A stretch of DNA of 64,000 nucleotides from an uncultured bacterium (GTDB lineage: Bacteria; Bacillota_I; Bacilli_A; RFN20; CAG-826): the NCBI GenBank assembly GCA_949293255.1, contig CASFCL010000001.1, positions 1,082 through 65,081 on the forward strand, read 5' to 3'. The notes beneath the pieces are model-generated. The model worked only from the letters and a program-made list of their open reading frames with translations, had not been told where the DNA came from and made no database searches. Positions within the stretch are counted from its first letter, which is position 1, and the number at the start of each line of letters is the position of its first letter. The translations under genes and the position numbers were made by a program. Shown here piece after piece: positions 46,439 through 56,709 of this stretch.

Positions 46439-48127
46439 ATGGACAAAATTAAAATTTTAGCTTTAGGTGGCCTTGATGAAGAAGGTCGTGATCTTTATTG
46501 TATTGAAATAAACGGCGATATTATCGTAATTGGTGGAGGATTAAAGACTCCAACTAAAACTACTCCCGGAATTGATTTCATCATTTCTAATTTTTCATAC
46601 TTAAAAGAAAATAAAGATCGAGTTATAGCTTTTATTGTTCCAAAAGCTAAAAAGAATAGTTTTGGTGCTATTCCTTATATTTATCAAGAAGTTCAAGCTC
46701 CTATTATTTGTACCGATTTAGCAAAATTAACCATCACAAAATTTGCTGAAACGTATCAACAAGTCCATGATTTTAAATTTAATACAATAAAATTACCTGC
46801 AACTATAAATATTGGCGGGCATGTAATTGATTTCTTCTCAACTTGTGCATCAATGCCTGAAACTTTTGGCTTTGCTATCCGCACAAATTTAGGAAACATT
46901 ATTTATAGTGGTGACTTCATTGTTGAATATGCAAACGCAAATTATTTCAAATTAGATTTAAATACTTTAGGTAAAATTGCTGAACAACCAACTTTACTTT
47001 TAATGTCGGAATCAATTAATTCTACAAAAGCTGGTTATTGTGCTCCAAATCATAAACTTACTCCTTTTTTAACAAAATATTTTAAAGAAGCTACTGGAAG
47101 AATATTTATTGCAGTAAATAATGATAATTTTTATAGAATTAACGAAGTATATCAAGTCTGTAAGGATTTTAATAAAAAAATATTCTTGTATGATGATGAA
47201 ATGAAAAACATTTACAATCTTCGCTCACTTGCAAAAGATGATTACTTTAATGCCAAAAACATCATATCTATCGATGATGTTTTAAGAATTAAAGAACAAG
47301 ATTTGGTTATTTTAATGGGTGATGAAGGTGAAAGAATATACGAAAAAATCTCTATTTTAGCTAATAGAGAAAATGAAGAAAAACAAATTAAACTTCAACC
47401 AAACGATACATTTATTGTCGCTGCACCTCCATCAGATAAAAATGAAGTAATTGCAACAGCAACAGTTGATGAATTATATAAAGCTGGGTGTAATGTTAAG
47501 TTTATTGGTTCAAAAAATATCAATAAAATGCATGCTTATGAAGAAGATCTTCGAATGCTTCTTTCCTTACTTAAACCAAAATATTATTTACCAGTAAAAG
47601 GTTATTATGTAAATCTACTTGCCAACGCAAAAATTGGCCTTGATATGAATATTGGATTGACTCATTTTAATATTTTCTTACTTGATAATGGCCAATCTTT
47701 ATATATCGGTGAAAAAGGAGCAAATGTCGACTTTGATGTAAATAGAAAAGTTGATGTAAGTGACGTTATGATCGATGGAATTGGCGTTGGCGATGTCGTT
47801 AATGAAATTATTAATGAACGTACAAGATTAAGTGAAGATGGTGTTGTTATTATTGGATGTGCAGTTTCAAAAACTGAACGTACAATTGCATATGGACCAG
47901 ATGTCCAAATGAGAGGTTTCCTTTTCTTAAAAGATAAAGAAGCTGACTTATTACTTAAAGAAATTACAAAGATTTTTATCGATGATGTTAATGCTTGGCT
48001 TGAAACAACTAAAAACTTCGATAATAAGAGTGTTGAAAACGCAATAACTTATAAAATTAGCAAGATGATTCAAAAATTAAATAACAGAAATCCTGTTATT
48101 AAACCAAATGTTATTGTTGTAGAATAA
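46439..48127 (+). CDS. RNase J-family paralog with degenerate catalytic motifs (probable non-catalytic, RNase J2-like)
   Basis: Collinear with B. subtilis RNase J1. ILALGGLDEEGRDLY matches VFALGGLGEIGKNTY. HGHEDHIGGIPYL is replaced by VPKAKKNSFGAIPYI, TTHSIPDS by STCASMPET, and IHGEYR by VKGYYV. The beta-CASP block YSGDFI is retained. Confidence 0.7.
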   Translation: MDKIKILALGGLDEEGRDLYCIEINGDIIVIGGGLKTPTKTTPGIDFIISNFSYLKENKDRVIAFIVPKAKKNSFGAIPYIYQEVQAPIICTDLAKLTITKFAETYQQVHDFKFNTIKLPATINIGGHVIDFFSTCASMPETFGFAIRTNLGNIIYSGDFIVEYANANYFKLDLNTLGKIAEQPTLLLMSESINSTKAGYCAPNHKLTPFLTKYFKEATGRIFIAVNNDNFYRINEVYQVCKDFNKKIFLYDDEMKNIYNLRSLAKDDYFNAKNIISIDDVLRIKEQDLVILMGDEGERIYEKISILANRENEEKQIKLQPNDTFIVAAPPSDKNEVIATATVDELYKAGCNVKFIGSKNINKMHAYEEDLRMLLSLLKPKYYLPVKGYYVNLLANAKIGLDMNIGLTHFNIFLLDNGQSLYIGEKGANVDFDVNRKVDVSDVMIDGIGVGDVVNEIINERTRLSEDGVVIIGCAVSKTERTIAYGPDVQMRGFLFLKDKEADLLLKEITKIFIDDVNAWLETTKNFDNKSVENAITYKISKMIQKLNNRNPVIKPNVIVVE

Positions 48128-48190
48128 AAATTTATATTTTTTTTAAATTATTAATTTAAAAAGAACTCAAAGAATAATATAATTTAGATT

Positions 48191-51106
48191 GTGAAAAATG
48201 ATAGACATTTAAGAGATTTTATTGATGTAGCAAATAAAAAATCCGCAATCGGTGTATTTGTTTGTCTTTTTGCTATTTTTGGAACATTAAATTATGGATT
48301 TGTTTCCCAATTTATTACATGGGTTATCTCATTTTTTGTTGGTGGAATTTTCTCCTTTTTTGTTTATATAATAATCTTCTTATTAGGAATTTATTTAATT
48401 TTCAATCGTAACCAAAAGAAAATTAACTTTGACATTACAATTTTTGGATTAATTTTTATTTTTTTAGGCGTAATCATAATCGTTTCTAATTCATTTTATT
48501 ATGTTGATAGTGAAAATTACTTAAGATTTGATTCTGAATTTTCTCAAAATTTTATGTCATCAATCTCAATTGATGAAACTTTCCCACTTGTTGATTATTC
48601 AAAAAACTGTGGTTTAATCGGTGTAATTTTAACTGCAATTATTAATAGCGGAATGACTTATATTGGAAGTTATGTGATTGGATCAATTCTTCTTTGTGTT
48701 GGATTTGTACTTACCTGTACAAAATTATTCATCAGATTTACAAAAGTTATTTCTGACTATAGAAATCGTGTTCTTTCTACAAGTTCAAAGGCAAATTATC
48801 AACAAGCTAGCGATGCTTTTAACGGAACAGAAGAAATTAAAGATGAGTCAAGAGTAATAAGTGAACCAAAATTAGCAATGGATAGTTCTGATTTAGATTC
48901 TCAAGAAAATGTAAGTGAAATTAATGTTGGAGAATCTACTCATCAAGAAATTACTAACAACGAACCTACAAATGTATATCAACCAAGTCAAAATACGAAT
49001 GTAAATACAAATTACACTCCAAATAAATCTAATAATCCTGTTTATAACGAACCTTTATATAAAGATAAACCTGTTTATTCATCTCAAAGTGATATGGATA
49101 GTGGTTTAAGAAAGGCAATTTTTGATAATCCTTTATTTAATAACCAACCAAAACATGATAGTTATCAAGAAAATTATGTTAATAGAAGTTATCAAGAAGA
49201 ACCTCGACCAGTTTATCAAAATACTCAAAATGTAAATCCATATCAAAATCAAAACATTTCGACTAATAATTATCAAAATCATATTGAAACTCCAATTAGT
49301 CTAAATATTGTAGAAGAACCAGTTATTGAAAGTACTCCAATTCCTCAACAACAAATTTCTTCATACTATCAAAGAGCATCTGAGGTTCACTATGTTGAAC
49401 AACCTATCGAACCAACTCAAATTAAGGAAAATGGTGAATCAATTATTATGAAAGCATCTAATGCAACTGGTGAAGGTGAATATTATGAAGTTAAACCTGA
49501 ACCAACACCAGTTATTTCTAGAGAGCCTCTTAGACAAAAAGTTGAACCAAAAGTTAATACAAATGACATCGTTTCTAGTGTTAGAAATTATGAATTCCCA
49601 CCTTCTGATTTACTTTTAGTAAGAGAAAATTCTAAAAATGATGATATAAATAAAAAGACTGCTGAAGAAAGAATTGAAATAATCAACAAATTATGTCGAG
49701 ATTTCAACTTCGGAGGTCATATTGAATCTTATCAAATCGGACCATCAGTTACTCGTTATGATTTAAAAGTTAACGAATCAACCCAAGTTACAAAGTTTGT
49801 TAATTTAGTTGAAGATTTATCTGTTCGTTTAGGTGGATTTAAGGCTCGTTTTGAAGCAGTTGTTCCAGGAAAAAGAACTAGTGGAATCGAAGTTCAAAAC
49901 GAAAAGAGTAATATTGTTGATTTTAGGGATGTTTTTGAACATTTACCTCCAATAAATGAGAAAAAATATAACGGATTATTAATTCCTTTTGGAAAAGATA
50001 TTTCAGGTAATTATGTAACTGCAGATTTAAGAGAATTCCCACATGTTCTTATTTGTGGAACTACAGGTAGTGGTAAATCTGTCTTTATGCAAACAATGAT
50101 TATGACTATCATTATGAGAAATTCTCCTGAAGATGTCCGTTTATTTATTATCGATCCAAAACGTGTTGAGTTCTCAAAATATCGTGAAATTCCTCACTTA
50201 TTAGGACCAATTTGTACCGAACCTCATCAAGCATATAATGGATTAAGTCAACTTGTTGAAATTATGGAAAGACGCTACAAAGTCTTTGAAGATACCGAAG
50301 TAACCGATATAAAAGAATATAATAGAGATTATGCTCCTGCACATAAACTTAAGAAAATGCCTTATATTGTCGCAGTTATCGATGAATATTCGAACTTAGT
50401 TGATGGTTGTAAAAAGGTTAGCGAACCAGTTTTAAGTATTGCTCAAAAAGCTAGAGCTTGTGGTATTCATTTAATTATTGCAACTCAAGCACCTCGTACC
50501 TCGATCATTACAGGTGTTATTAAAGCAAATCTTCCTACAAGAGTTGCTTTATTATGTGCTAATACAACTGATTCACAAAACGTTATCGATATTGGTGGTG
50601 CTGAAAGATTACTTGGTAATGGTGATATGCTTATTAAATCACCTCTTATTTCAACAGTTGGATGTGCTCGTGTTCAAGGTGCATTTGTTGAAGGTAAAGA
50701 AATTAAAAATGTTGTTGATTTTATCAAAGCTAGATATGGATGTGATTATGTAACTGAATTTACAAACTTAAGTGCAGCTCCATCTGAACCTCAACAAGTT
50801 CCAGGTGATATTCATGGTCAAATGGCTAAAGCTCAAGATGCACTTTATGAAGAAGTTAAGAGCTTAGCAATGAGCATGGATTATTTCTCAATTTCTAAGA
50901 TTACTAGAGTTTTCAATGTTGGATTTGCCAGAGCTGGAAAATTATTTGAAATGCTTAAAAAAGACGGAATTATCGAGGCAAATCAACAAGGAAATGACTC
51001 TAAAGGTACAAGAGTTTTAGTACATTCAAATACTTATTCAACAGGTGAAACTGTTTTAAGTGGTGAAGATACAAAATTATCAAATATCGAAAATCCAGAT
51101 ATATAG
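48191..51106 (+). CDS. ftsK: DNA translocase FtsK/SpoIIIE
   Basis: N-terminal 4-5 TM helices. About 350-aa N/Q/P/Y-rich linker. Motor domain with Walker A ICGTTGSGKSVFMQ and Walker B VIDEYSNL. C-terminal winged-helix gamma domain (SISKITRVFNVGFARAGKLFEMLKKDGII). GTG start as in the ORF track. Confidence 0.85.
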   Translation: MKNDRHLRDFIDVANKKSAIGVFVCLFAIFGTLNYGFVSQFITWVISFFVGGIFSFFVYIIIFLLGIYLIFNRNQKKINFDITIFGLIFIFLGVIIIVSNSFYYVDSENYLRFDSEFSQNFMSSISIDETFPLVDYSKNCGLIGVILTAIINSGMTYIGSYVIGSILLCVGFVLTCTKLFIRFTKVISDYRNRVLSTSSKANYQQASDAFNGTEEIKDESRVISEPKLAMDSSDLDSQENVSEINVGESTHQEITNNEPTNVYQPSQNTNVNTNYTPNKSNNPVYNEPLYKDKPVYSSQSDMDSGLRKAIFDNPLFNNQPKHDSYQENYVNRSYQEEPRPVYQNTQNVNPYQNQNISTNNYQNHIETPISLNIVEEPVIESTPIPQQQISSYYQRASEVHYVEQPIEPTQIKENGESIIMKASNATGEGEYYEVKPEPTPVISREPLRQKVEPKVNTNDIVSSVRNYEFPPSDLLLVRENSKNDDINKKTAEERIEIINKLCRDFNFGGHIESYQIGPSVTRYDLKVNESTQVTKFVNLVEDLSVRLGGFKARFEAVVPGKRTSGIEVQNEKSNIVDFRDVFEHLPPINEKKYNGLLIPFGKDISGNYVTADLREFPHVLICGTTGSGKSVFMQTMIMTIIMRNSPEDVRLFIIDPKRVEFSKYREIPHLLGPICTEPHQAYNGLSQLVEIMERRYKVFEDTEVTDIKEYNRDYAPAHKLKKMPYIVAVIDEYSNLVDGCKKVSEPVLSIAQKARACGIHLIIATQAPRTSIITGVIKANLPTRVALLCANTTDSQNVIDIGGAERLLGNGDMLIKSPLISTVGCARVQGAFVEGKEIKNVVDFIKARYGCDYVTEFTNLSAAPSEPQQVPGDIHGQMAKAQDALYEEVKSLAMSMDYFSISKITRVFNVGFARAGKLFEMLKKDGIIEANQQGNDSKGTRVLVHSNTYSTGETVLSGEDTKLSNIENPDI

Positions 51107-51121
51107 AAAGGGAATTAATAG

Positions 51122-53266
51122 ATGATTAATACTTATTTTGGGGCAAGAATTAAAGATTCTCACACTATAAATGTGGCTATTTTTAGTGATTATCATAAAC
51201 CTGATGATAGTCCTATTAATCTTTTTATTAACGATACAATCGTTGAAAAATTAACAATTTCTAGACAATCATATTTTAATGGTCTCGTCATTTTTGAATG
51301 TAAAACAAAAGATCCATTAACTTTAGGAAATAACTATACAGTCGTTATTAAAGATTTTGGTATTGCACCTTTAAATATGGAAGATTTCTTAAATTTTCCA
51401 AATTTTGATAAAGAATTTACATATAATGGCGATGATTTAGGTTTTAATTATTCAAAAGAATCAACAACATTTAAAATTTGGGCTCCTTTAGCTAGTGGAG
51501 TTTATATTTTAATTAGAAAAAATAAGTCAGAATCATTTAAATCTTATCCTTTAACAAGAGGTGAAAAAGGAGTTTATTCAATCGCTTTAGATGGTGATTA
51601 TGATGGATATTGCTATCGATATAGAGTAATTAATAATGGCATTTCAATTATTACAACTGACCCTTATGCCAAAGCTTCTTCAGTTAATGGAAAAGATAGT
51701 TGTGTCATTGATTTTTCAAAAACAAATATCGATTTAAATGAAGATAAATTACCAAAATTAAGAAATGAAAATGATGCAATTATCTATGAATTAAATGTAA
51801 GAGATTTTACAATTCATCCTAACACCGATATTGAAAATAAAGGAAAATATTTAGGTTTAGCAGAGAAAAATAGAAAAACAAGCCAAAATAATCCTTGTGG
51901 TTTAGATTATTTAAAGTGGTTAGGAATCACTCATGTTCAAGTTTTACCAATCTATGATTTTAAAACTGTCGACGAATTAAATCCTGATAAATCTTATAAT
52001 TGGGGTTATGATCCTCAACAATATTTTGTACCTGAAGGAAGTTATTCTTTAGAACCTGATAATCCATATTCAAGAATTATCGAACTTAAAAAGATGGTTG
52101 CCGCATTACATAAAGAAGGCATCAAAGTTAATATGGATGTTGTCTTTAATCATGTTTATGAAGAACAATTTTCTGTCTTCCAAAGAGTAGTTCCAGGATA
52201 TTATTTTAGAAAAAGAAGAAATGGAACTTTGTGTAATGGATCATTTTGTGGAAATGATTTAGATACTAAAAAACCGATGGTTAGAAAAATGATTGTCGAT
52301 GCTTGTAAATATTGGATGAAAGAATTTGGTATCGATGGTTATAGATTCGATTTGATGGGCATTATTGATGTTGAAACAATGAAAGAAGTTGTAAAAGAAT
52401 GTCGATTAATTAAACCTGATTGTATGATTTATGGTGAAGGATGGGACATGAATACTGAACTTCCTAGTACCGAAAAAACTACAATTAATAATTCTTTCAA
52501 AGTTCCTGAAATTGGTTTCTTCAATGATGTTTATCGTGACATTGTTAGAGGAAAAAATGAAGGAAATGAAGCTGGATATTGTTTAGGTAATGTTAATTAC
52601 CGCGAAGGTTTTAAATTTGCTTTTCAAGGATCGGCAGTTGATTATTGCTATCAACCAAGATTTTTAAGTGCAAATCAATCAATAAATTATGTTGAATGTC
52701 ATGATAATAGAACTCTTTACGATAGAATTAAAGCTTGTTATGGCGATAATAGAGACGAAGATATCTTAGAAACTGTTAAATTAATTAATGGTATTATCGC
52801 TTTAAGCTATGGGGTAAGTTTTTACCATGCTGGACAAGAAATTGGCTTAACTAAATTTGGAGTTGATAATTCTTATAACAAGGGGGATAAATACAATCAA
52901 TTTGATTGGAGTGTCTTAGATAAAAGATTTGAACTTGCTAAATATTTCCAAACTCTCATCTCATTTAAAAAAGAATTATTGAAATCAAATAAATATTTAA
53001 AAGAAGAAATTTCAAAAAATATTTCTTTTGAAAACTTAGAAAATGGTGGATTAATCATTAAAATTCAAGATTTTAATGAAAATTATGAACACGCTCTTTT
53101 ATGTATCAATCCAACATTTAATAAACTTCATATTCAACTTGATGATTACCATAACGTAGTCTTAGCAAGTGCTGGAGCAAATTTAAAAAGTACAATTTAT
53201 ATTAAAAATGTTATTTTAGGACCTCATGAATTGAATGTTTTTGTAAAAGAAAGGAAAATATCTTAA
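51122..53266 (+). CDS. pulA: type I pullulanase / glycogen-debranching GH13 enzyme
   Basis: YNWGYDPQ signature of type I pullulanases. GH13 catalytic regions GYRFDLMG and YGEGWD. 714 aa. Confidence 0.8.
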   Translation: MINTYFGARIKDSHTINVAIFSDYHKPDDSPINLFINDTIVEKLTISRQSYFNGLVIFECKTKDPLTLGNNYTVVIKDFGIAPLNMEDFLNFPNFDKEFTYNGDDLGFNYSKESTTFKIWAPLASGVYILIRKNKSESFKSYPLTRGEKGVYSIALDGDYDGYCYRYRVINNGISIITTDPYAKASSVNGKDSCVIDFSKTNIDLNEDKLPKLRNENDAIIYELNVRDFTIHPNTDIENKGKYLGLAEKNRKTSQNNPCGLDYLKWLGITHVQVLPIYDFKTVDELNPDKSYNWGYDPQQYFVPEGSYSLEPDNPYSRIIELKKMVAALHKEGIKVNMDVVFNHVYEEQFSVFQRVVPGYYFRKRRNGTLCNGSFCGNDLDTKKPMVRKMIVDACKYWMKEFGIDGYRFDLMGIIDVETMKEVVKECRLIKPDCMIYGEGWDMNTELPSTEKTTINNSFKVPEIGFFNDVYRDIVRGKNEGNEAGYCLGNVNYREGFKFAFQGSAVDYCYQPRFLSANQSINYVECHDNRTLYDRIKACYGDNRDEDILETVKLINGIIALSYGVSFYHAGQEIGLTKFGVDNSYNKGDKYNQFDWSVLDKRFELAKYFQTLISFKKELLKSNKYLKEEISKNISFENLENGGLIIKIQDFNENYEHALLCINPTFNKLHIQLDDYHNVVLASAGANLKSTIYIKNVILGPHELNVFVKERKIS

Positions 53267-53268
53267 TT

Positions 53269-54036
53269 ATGTGGAAATATTTTAAAGTCGTAATGAGGCT
53301 TATACCTGTTATTGTTTATAGTTATTTTGCTTGGATTATTAAATACAGTAGACATCCAGAAAAATATCCATTTGAAAAAAGATTTGAAAGAATTCAAAAA
53401 CTTATTAGAAAGGTTTTGAAGGCTTTTGGAGTTAAATATTATCTTCATGGAGAAGATGTTTTAGCTAAAGTTGGCGATAAAAGTTGCTTAATTGTTTGTA
53501 ATCACATCTCTTTTATCGATCCTTTATTTTTTATTGCAATTGCAAAAAGACCTTTTTCAGTTGTTGCTAAAGTTGAAACTAAAAAAATGCCACTTGTTGG
53601 AAGAATTGTTATGGCTTTAGAGGGTGAATTTATTGAAAGAGATAACTTAAAACAAGAATTAAAATGTTTTATTAGAGTTCAAAAAAGACTTGAAGAAAGC
53701 AATTTAGATTATGTAATTTTCCCAGAAGGCACCAGACATCAAGACTACAACATGGGTGAATTTCATCATGGAAGTTTCCGCTGTGCTGTAAAAACTAACC
53801 ATCCAATTTTAGTCTGTGCAATTAGTGGTTCACAAAAAGTTTTAGATAGTAAAATTAATAAAAAACATTATCCAATCGATTTTTCTTATATAGATTATAT
53901 TGAAAGTGAAAACTACCAAGATTTAACAACAAAAGATATCGCTTTTAAAGCTCAAAGTGAAGTTAAAGAAACTTTAGATGAGATGATTGTTATAAACGAA
54001 AGAAGATATAAAGAATTAAATAAGATTAAAAAATAG
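53269..54036 (+). CDS. plsC: 1-acyl-sn-glycerol-3-phosphate acyltransferase
   Basis: Acyltransferase motifs CNHISFID (HX4D) and FPEGTR. 255 aa. Confidence 0.8.
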   Translation: MWKYFKVVMRLIPVIVYSYFAWIIKYSRHPEKYPFEKRFERIQKLIRKVLKAFGVKYYLHGEDVLAKVGDKSCLIVCNHISFIDPLFFIAIAKRPFSVVAKVETKKMPLVGRIVMALEGEFIERDNLKQELKCFIRVQKRLEESNLDYVIFPEGTRHQDYNMGEFHHGSFRCAVKTNHPILVCAISGSQKVLDSKINKKHYPIDFSYIDYIESENYQDLTTKDIAFKAQSEVKETLDEMIVINERRYKELNKIKK

Positions 54037-55327
54037 TCATTGTATCACTAAATCTTAATCCAATTGGATAATGATTCTTTAAAGTTCCTTTAACATTTTT
54101 TACATAACCTAAATTGATTCCATCATAAGAAACTAAGATATAGCCATTAGGATAAGGATTCTTTTTTACAAATTGTTGACCTTTTAAATATAATTCAGCC
54201 TCTTTTTGGTCGAGTCTAATAGTAGGAATGCCTGTAACATATTGAGATAAGGCAAATGAAGGCTTAAATGTCACACCTAAAAATTCGCCTAAAAATAATC
54301 CACACCTTAAAACATTGAACATTTTTGGATCAACTTCTAAGAAGTTATGAATGTAAATATCTTCACCTTTAAAGTATCTATAATTAAATGGAAGTTTATA
54401 CCCATAAAAATTCTTTAAACTAAAATCAATTTGTTTTCTTCTAGGTGGAATACCTTCTTTTTTGATGTAGCAGATATATTGGCCTTCGCCTTGAAACATA
54501 TTTGGAAAAAGATGGATTGAACCAGGAACATCTTTTGACATATAAAATCTTCTATCTTTTTCAATAGGAATAACTTTGCAATCTGGATGATTTGCTAATA
54601 AATCTAAAACGACTTCTTCATCTTCTTCATAAGAAAATGAACAAGTAGAATAAACAATAGTTCCGCCTGGTTTTAAAAGTAAATATGCGGTTTCAATTAA
54701 TGTTTTTTGAAGAAGAGAGTGAAATTTGACCTTTTCATAAGACCAATCGTTTCTCATTTCATCCATTTTTCTAAACATAGCGCTTCCACTACATGGAGCA
54801 TCTAAAAGAATGACATCAAATTTATTTTTTAATGAATCTCTATAATTATGAAAATCGTTATTAGTAACCATGACATTTCCGATTCCCATATGTTCAATAT
54901 TTTGGGATAAAACAAGAGAACGTTGAGAGGAAAGATCGTTAGCAATAATTCTTGTATTAGGAAATTTTAAAGCTAAAGATATTGTTTTTCCGCCTGGAGC
55001 AGCACACATGTCTAAAACTAAATCATCTTCTTTTAAGTCTAAAAAAGAAGTGGTGACCATAGATGCAGCATCCATAATATAATAAACACCATTTTTAAAC
55101 ATCCATGATTTTCCGAATGGATAAATTTTACTATCGTAATAATAACCGTTTGGAATATTTTTGATTTTTCTAATTTTTGGATATCTATCCTCAAATTTTT
55201 TAGCCGACATTTTCTTCGTATTTAAAAAAAGAGAAGTAGTTCTTTCTTCTAGTAGTGATGCTGTTAATTCTTTTATAAACTTAGGTTCAAGATACTTTTT
55301 AAGATGCTGTTCAAAAGTCATAATCAA
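54026..55327 (-). CDS. RsmB/RsmF-family (NOL1/NOP2/Sun) rRNA cytosine-C5 methyltransferase
   Basis: SAM-binding DMCAAPGGKT, catalytic DAPCSGSAMFRK and YSTCS motifs. C-terminal extension as in RsmF. 433 aa. Confidence 0.8.
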   Translation of the reverse strand: MIMTFEQHLKKYLEPKFIKELTASLLEERTTSLFLNTKKMSAKKFEDRYPKIRKIKNIPNGYYYDSKIYPFGKSWMFKNGVYYIMDAASMVTTSFLDLKEDDLVLDMCAAPGGKTISLALKFPNTRIIANDLSSQRSLVLSQNIEHMGIGNVMVTNNDFHNYRDSLKNKFDVILLDAPCSGSAMFRKMDEMRNDWSYEKVKFHSLLQKTLIETAYLLLKPGGTIVYSTCSFSYEEDEEVVLDLLANHPDCKVIPIEKDRRFYMSKDVPGSIHLFPNMFQGEGQYICYIKKEGIPPRRKQIDFSLKNFYGYKLPFNYRYFKGEDIYIHNFLEVDPKMFNVLRCGLFLGEFLGVTFKPSFALSQYVTGIPTIRLDQKEAELYLKGQQFVKKNPYPNGYILVSYDGINLGYVKNVKGTLKNHYPIGLRFSDTMTIF

Positions 55328-55404
55328 ATTAAATAAATATATTTTTTTGCATTATTATATCATTGTTTCAAAAATTTTTATATAATTTTATTGAGGTATT
55401 TTTT

Positions 55405-56709
55405 ATGACAATGGAAGAAATCATTATTGCTAAAAGAGATAATAAAGAACTAACAAAAGAACAAATTAGATTTTTCGTTCAAGGTTATTCAAAAAATCAA
55501 ATTCCTGACTATCAAGCATCTGCTTTATTGATGGCTATTTGTCTTAACGGAATGAATGATGATGAAACTTCAATACTTACTGAAGAGATGAGAATAAGTG
55601 GTGAAGTTTGGTCATTAGATGATATTCCAGGTAAAAAAGTTGATAAACATTCAACTGGAGGAGTAGGAGATAAAGTTAGTTTAATTTTAGGACCAATGAT
55701 TTCTACTTTAGGAGCAAAACTTGCCAAAATGTCTGGAAGAGGCCTTGGTCATACAGGTGGAACTTTAGATAAACTTGAATCTATTCCAGGAATGAGAATT
55801 GTTTTAAGTTACGATGAATTTAAAAATCAAATCGAAAAAATTGGAATGGCAATAATTGGACAAAACGAAAAACTCGATCCAGCCGATAAAAAACTTTATG
55901 CTTTAAGAGATGTTACTGGAACAGTTGCCTCAATTCCTTTAATTGCATCTTCTGTTATGTCTAAAAAATTAGCTAGTGGTGCTGATTGTATTTTACTTGA
56001 CGTTAAATATGGTTCAGGTGCCTTTATGAAAACCGTAAAAGATGCTACTAAGCTTGCAAAAGTTATGGTCAATATTGGAAAGAAATTAGGTAAAGATGTT
56101 AGAGCTGAAGTTACCGATATGGATCAACCTTTAGGATGTGCAGTTGGTAATTCTTTAGAAATTAAAGAAGTTATTGAAACACTTAAAGGACGCGGTCCAA
56201 AAGATTTAAATGAGATTTGTTTATCTAGTGGTTCAATCATGTTAGAACAAGCTGGAATATATAAAAATCGTGACGATGCTAGAAAATATTTAGAAAAAAT
56301 ACTTGAGAATGGCAGGGCTTTTGAGAAATTTAGAGAGTTTGTCATCGCTCAAGGAGGAGATGTTTCTTATATTGATGATCCTTCAAAATTTGAAGTTAGT
56401 AAGAATATTATAAAAATTTATTCACCTAGAAGTGGATATGTTAAAAAGATAAATGCACTTGAAATTGGTATTGCCTCAATGCATTTAGGAGCAGGTAGAG
56501 AAACTCTTGATGATGTAATTGATATGTCAGCTGGAATTGTTTTAAACAAAAAAATTGGTGACCATGTAAATAAAAATGAACTTCTTTGTACATTATATAC
56601 AAATAAAGATTCATATGATGAAATCATTGAAGAAGTTAAAAATGCCTTTATGTTTTCAAATAAAGAAATTAAACATGATGGTTCTTTAACTCACAACATT
56701 ATTGAATAA
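55405..56709 (+). CDS. pdp: pyrimidine-nucleoside (thymidine) phosphorylase
   Basis: DKHSTGGVGDK phosphate-binding motif and alpha/beta glycosyltransferase family 3 layout. Start taken at MTMEEII (RBS GAGGT); the track start is further upstream. Confidence 0.85.
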   Translation: MTMEEIIIAKRDNKELTKEQIRFFVQGYSKNQIPDYQASALLMAICLNGMNDDETSILTEEMRISGEVWSLDDIPGKKVDKHSTGGVGDKVSLILGPMISTLGAKLAKMSGRGLGHTGGTLDKLESIPGMRIVLSYDEFKNQIEKIGMAIIGQNEKLDPADKKLYALRDVTGTVASIPLIASSVMSKKLASGADCILLDVKYGSGAFMKTVKDATKLAKVMVNIGKKLGKDVRAEVTDMDQPLGCAVGNSLEIKEVIETLKGRGPKDLNEICLSSGSIMLEQAGIYKNRDDARKYLEKILENGRAFEKFREFVIAQGGDVSYIDDPSKFEVSKNIIKIYSPRSGYVKKINALEIGIASMHLGAGRETLDDVIDMSAGIVLNKKIGDHVNKNELLCTLYTNKDSYDEIIEEVKNAFMFSNKEIKHDGSLTHNIIE

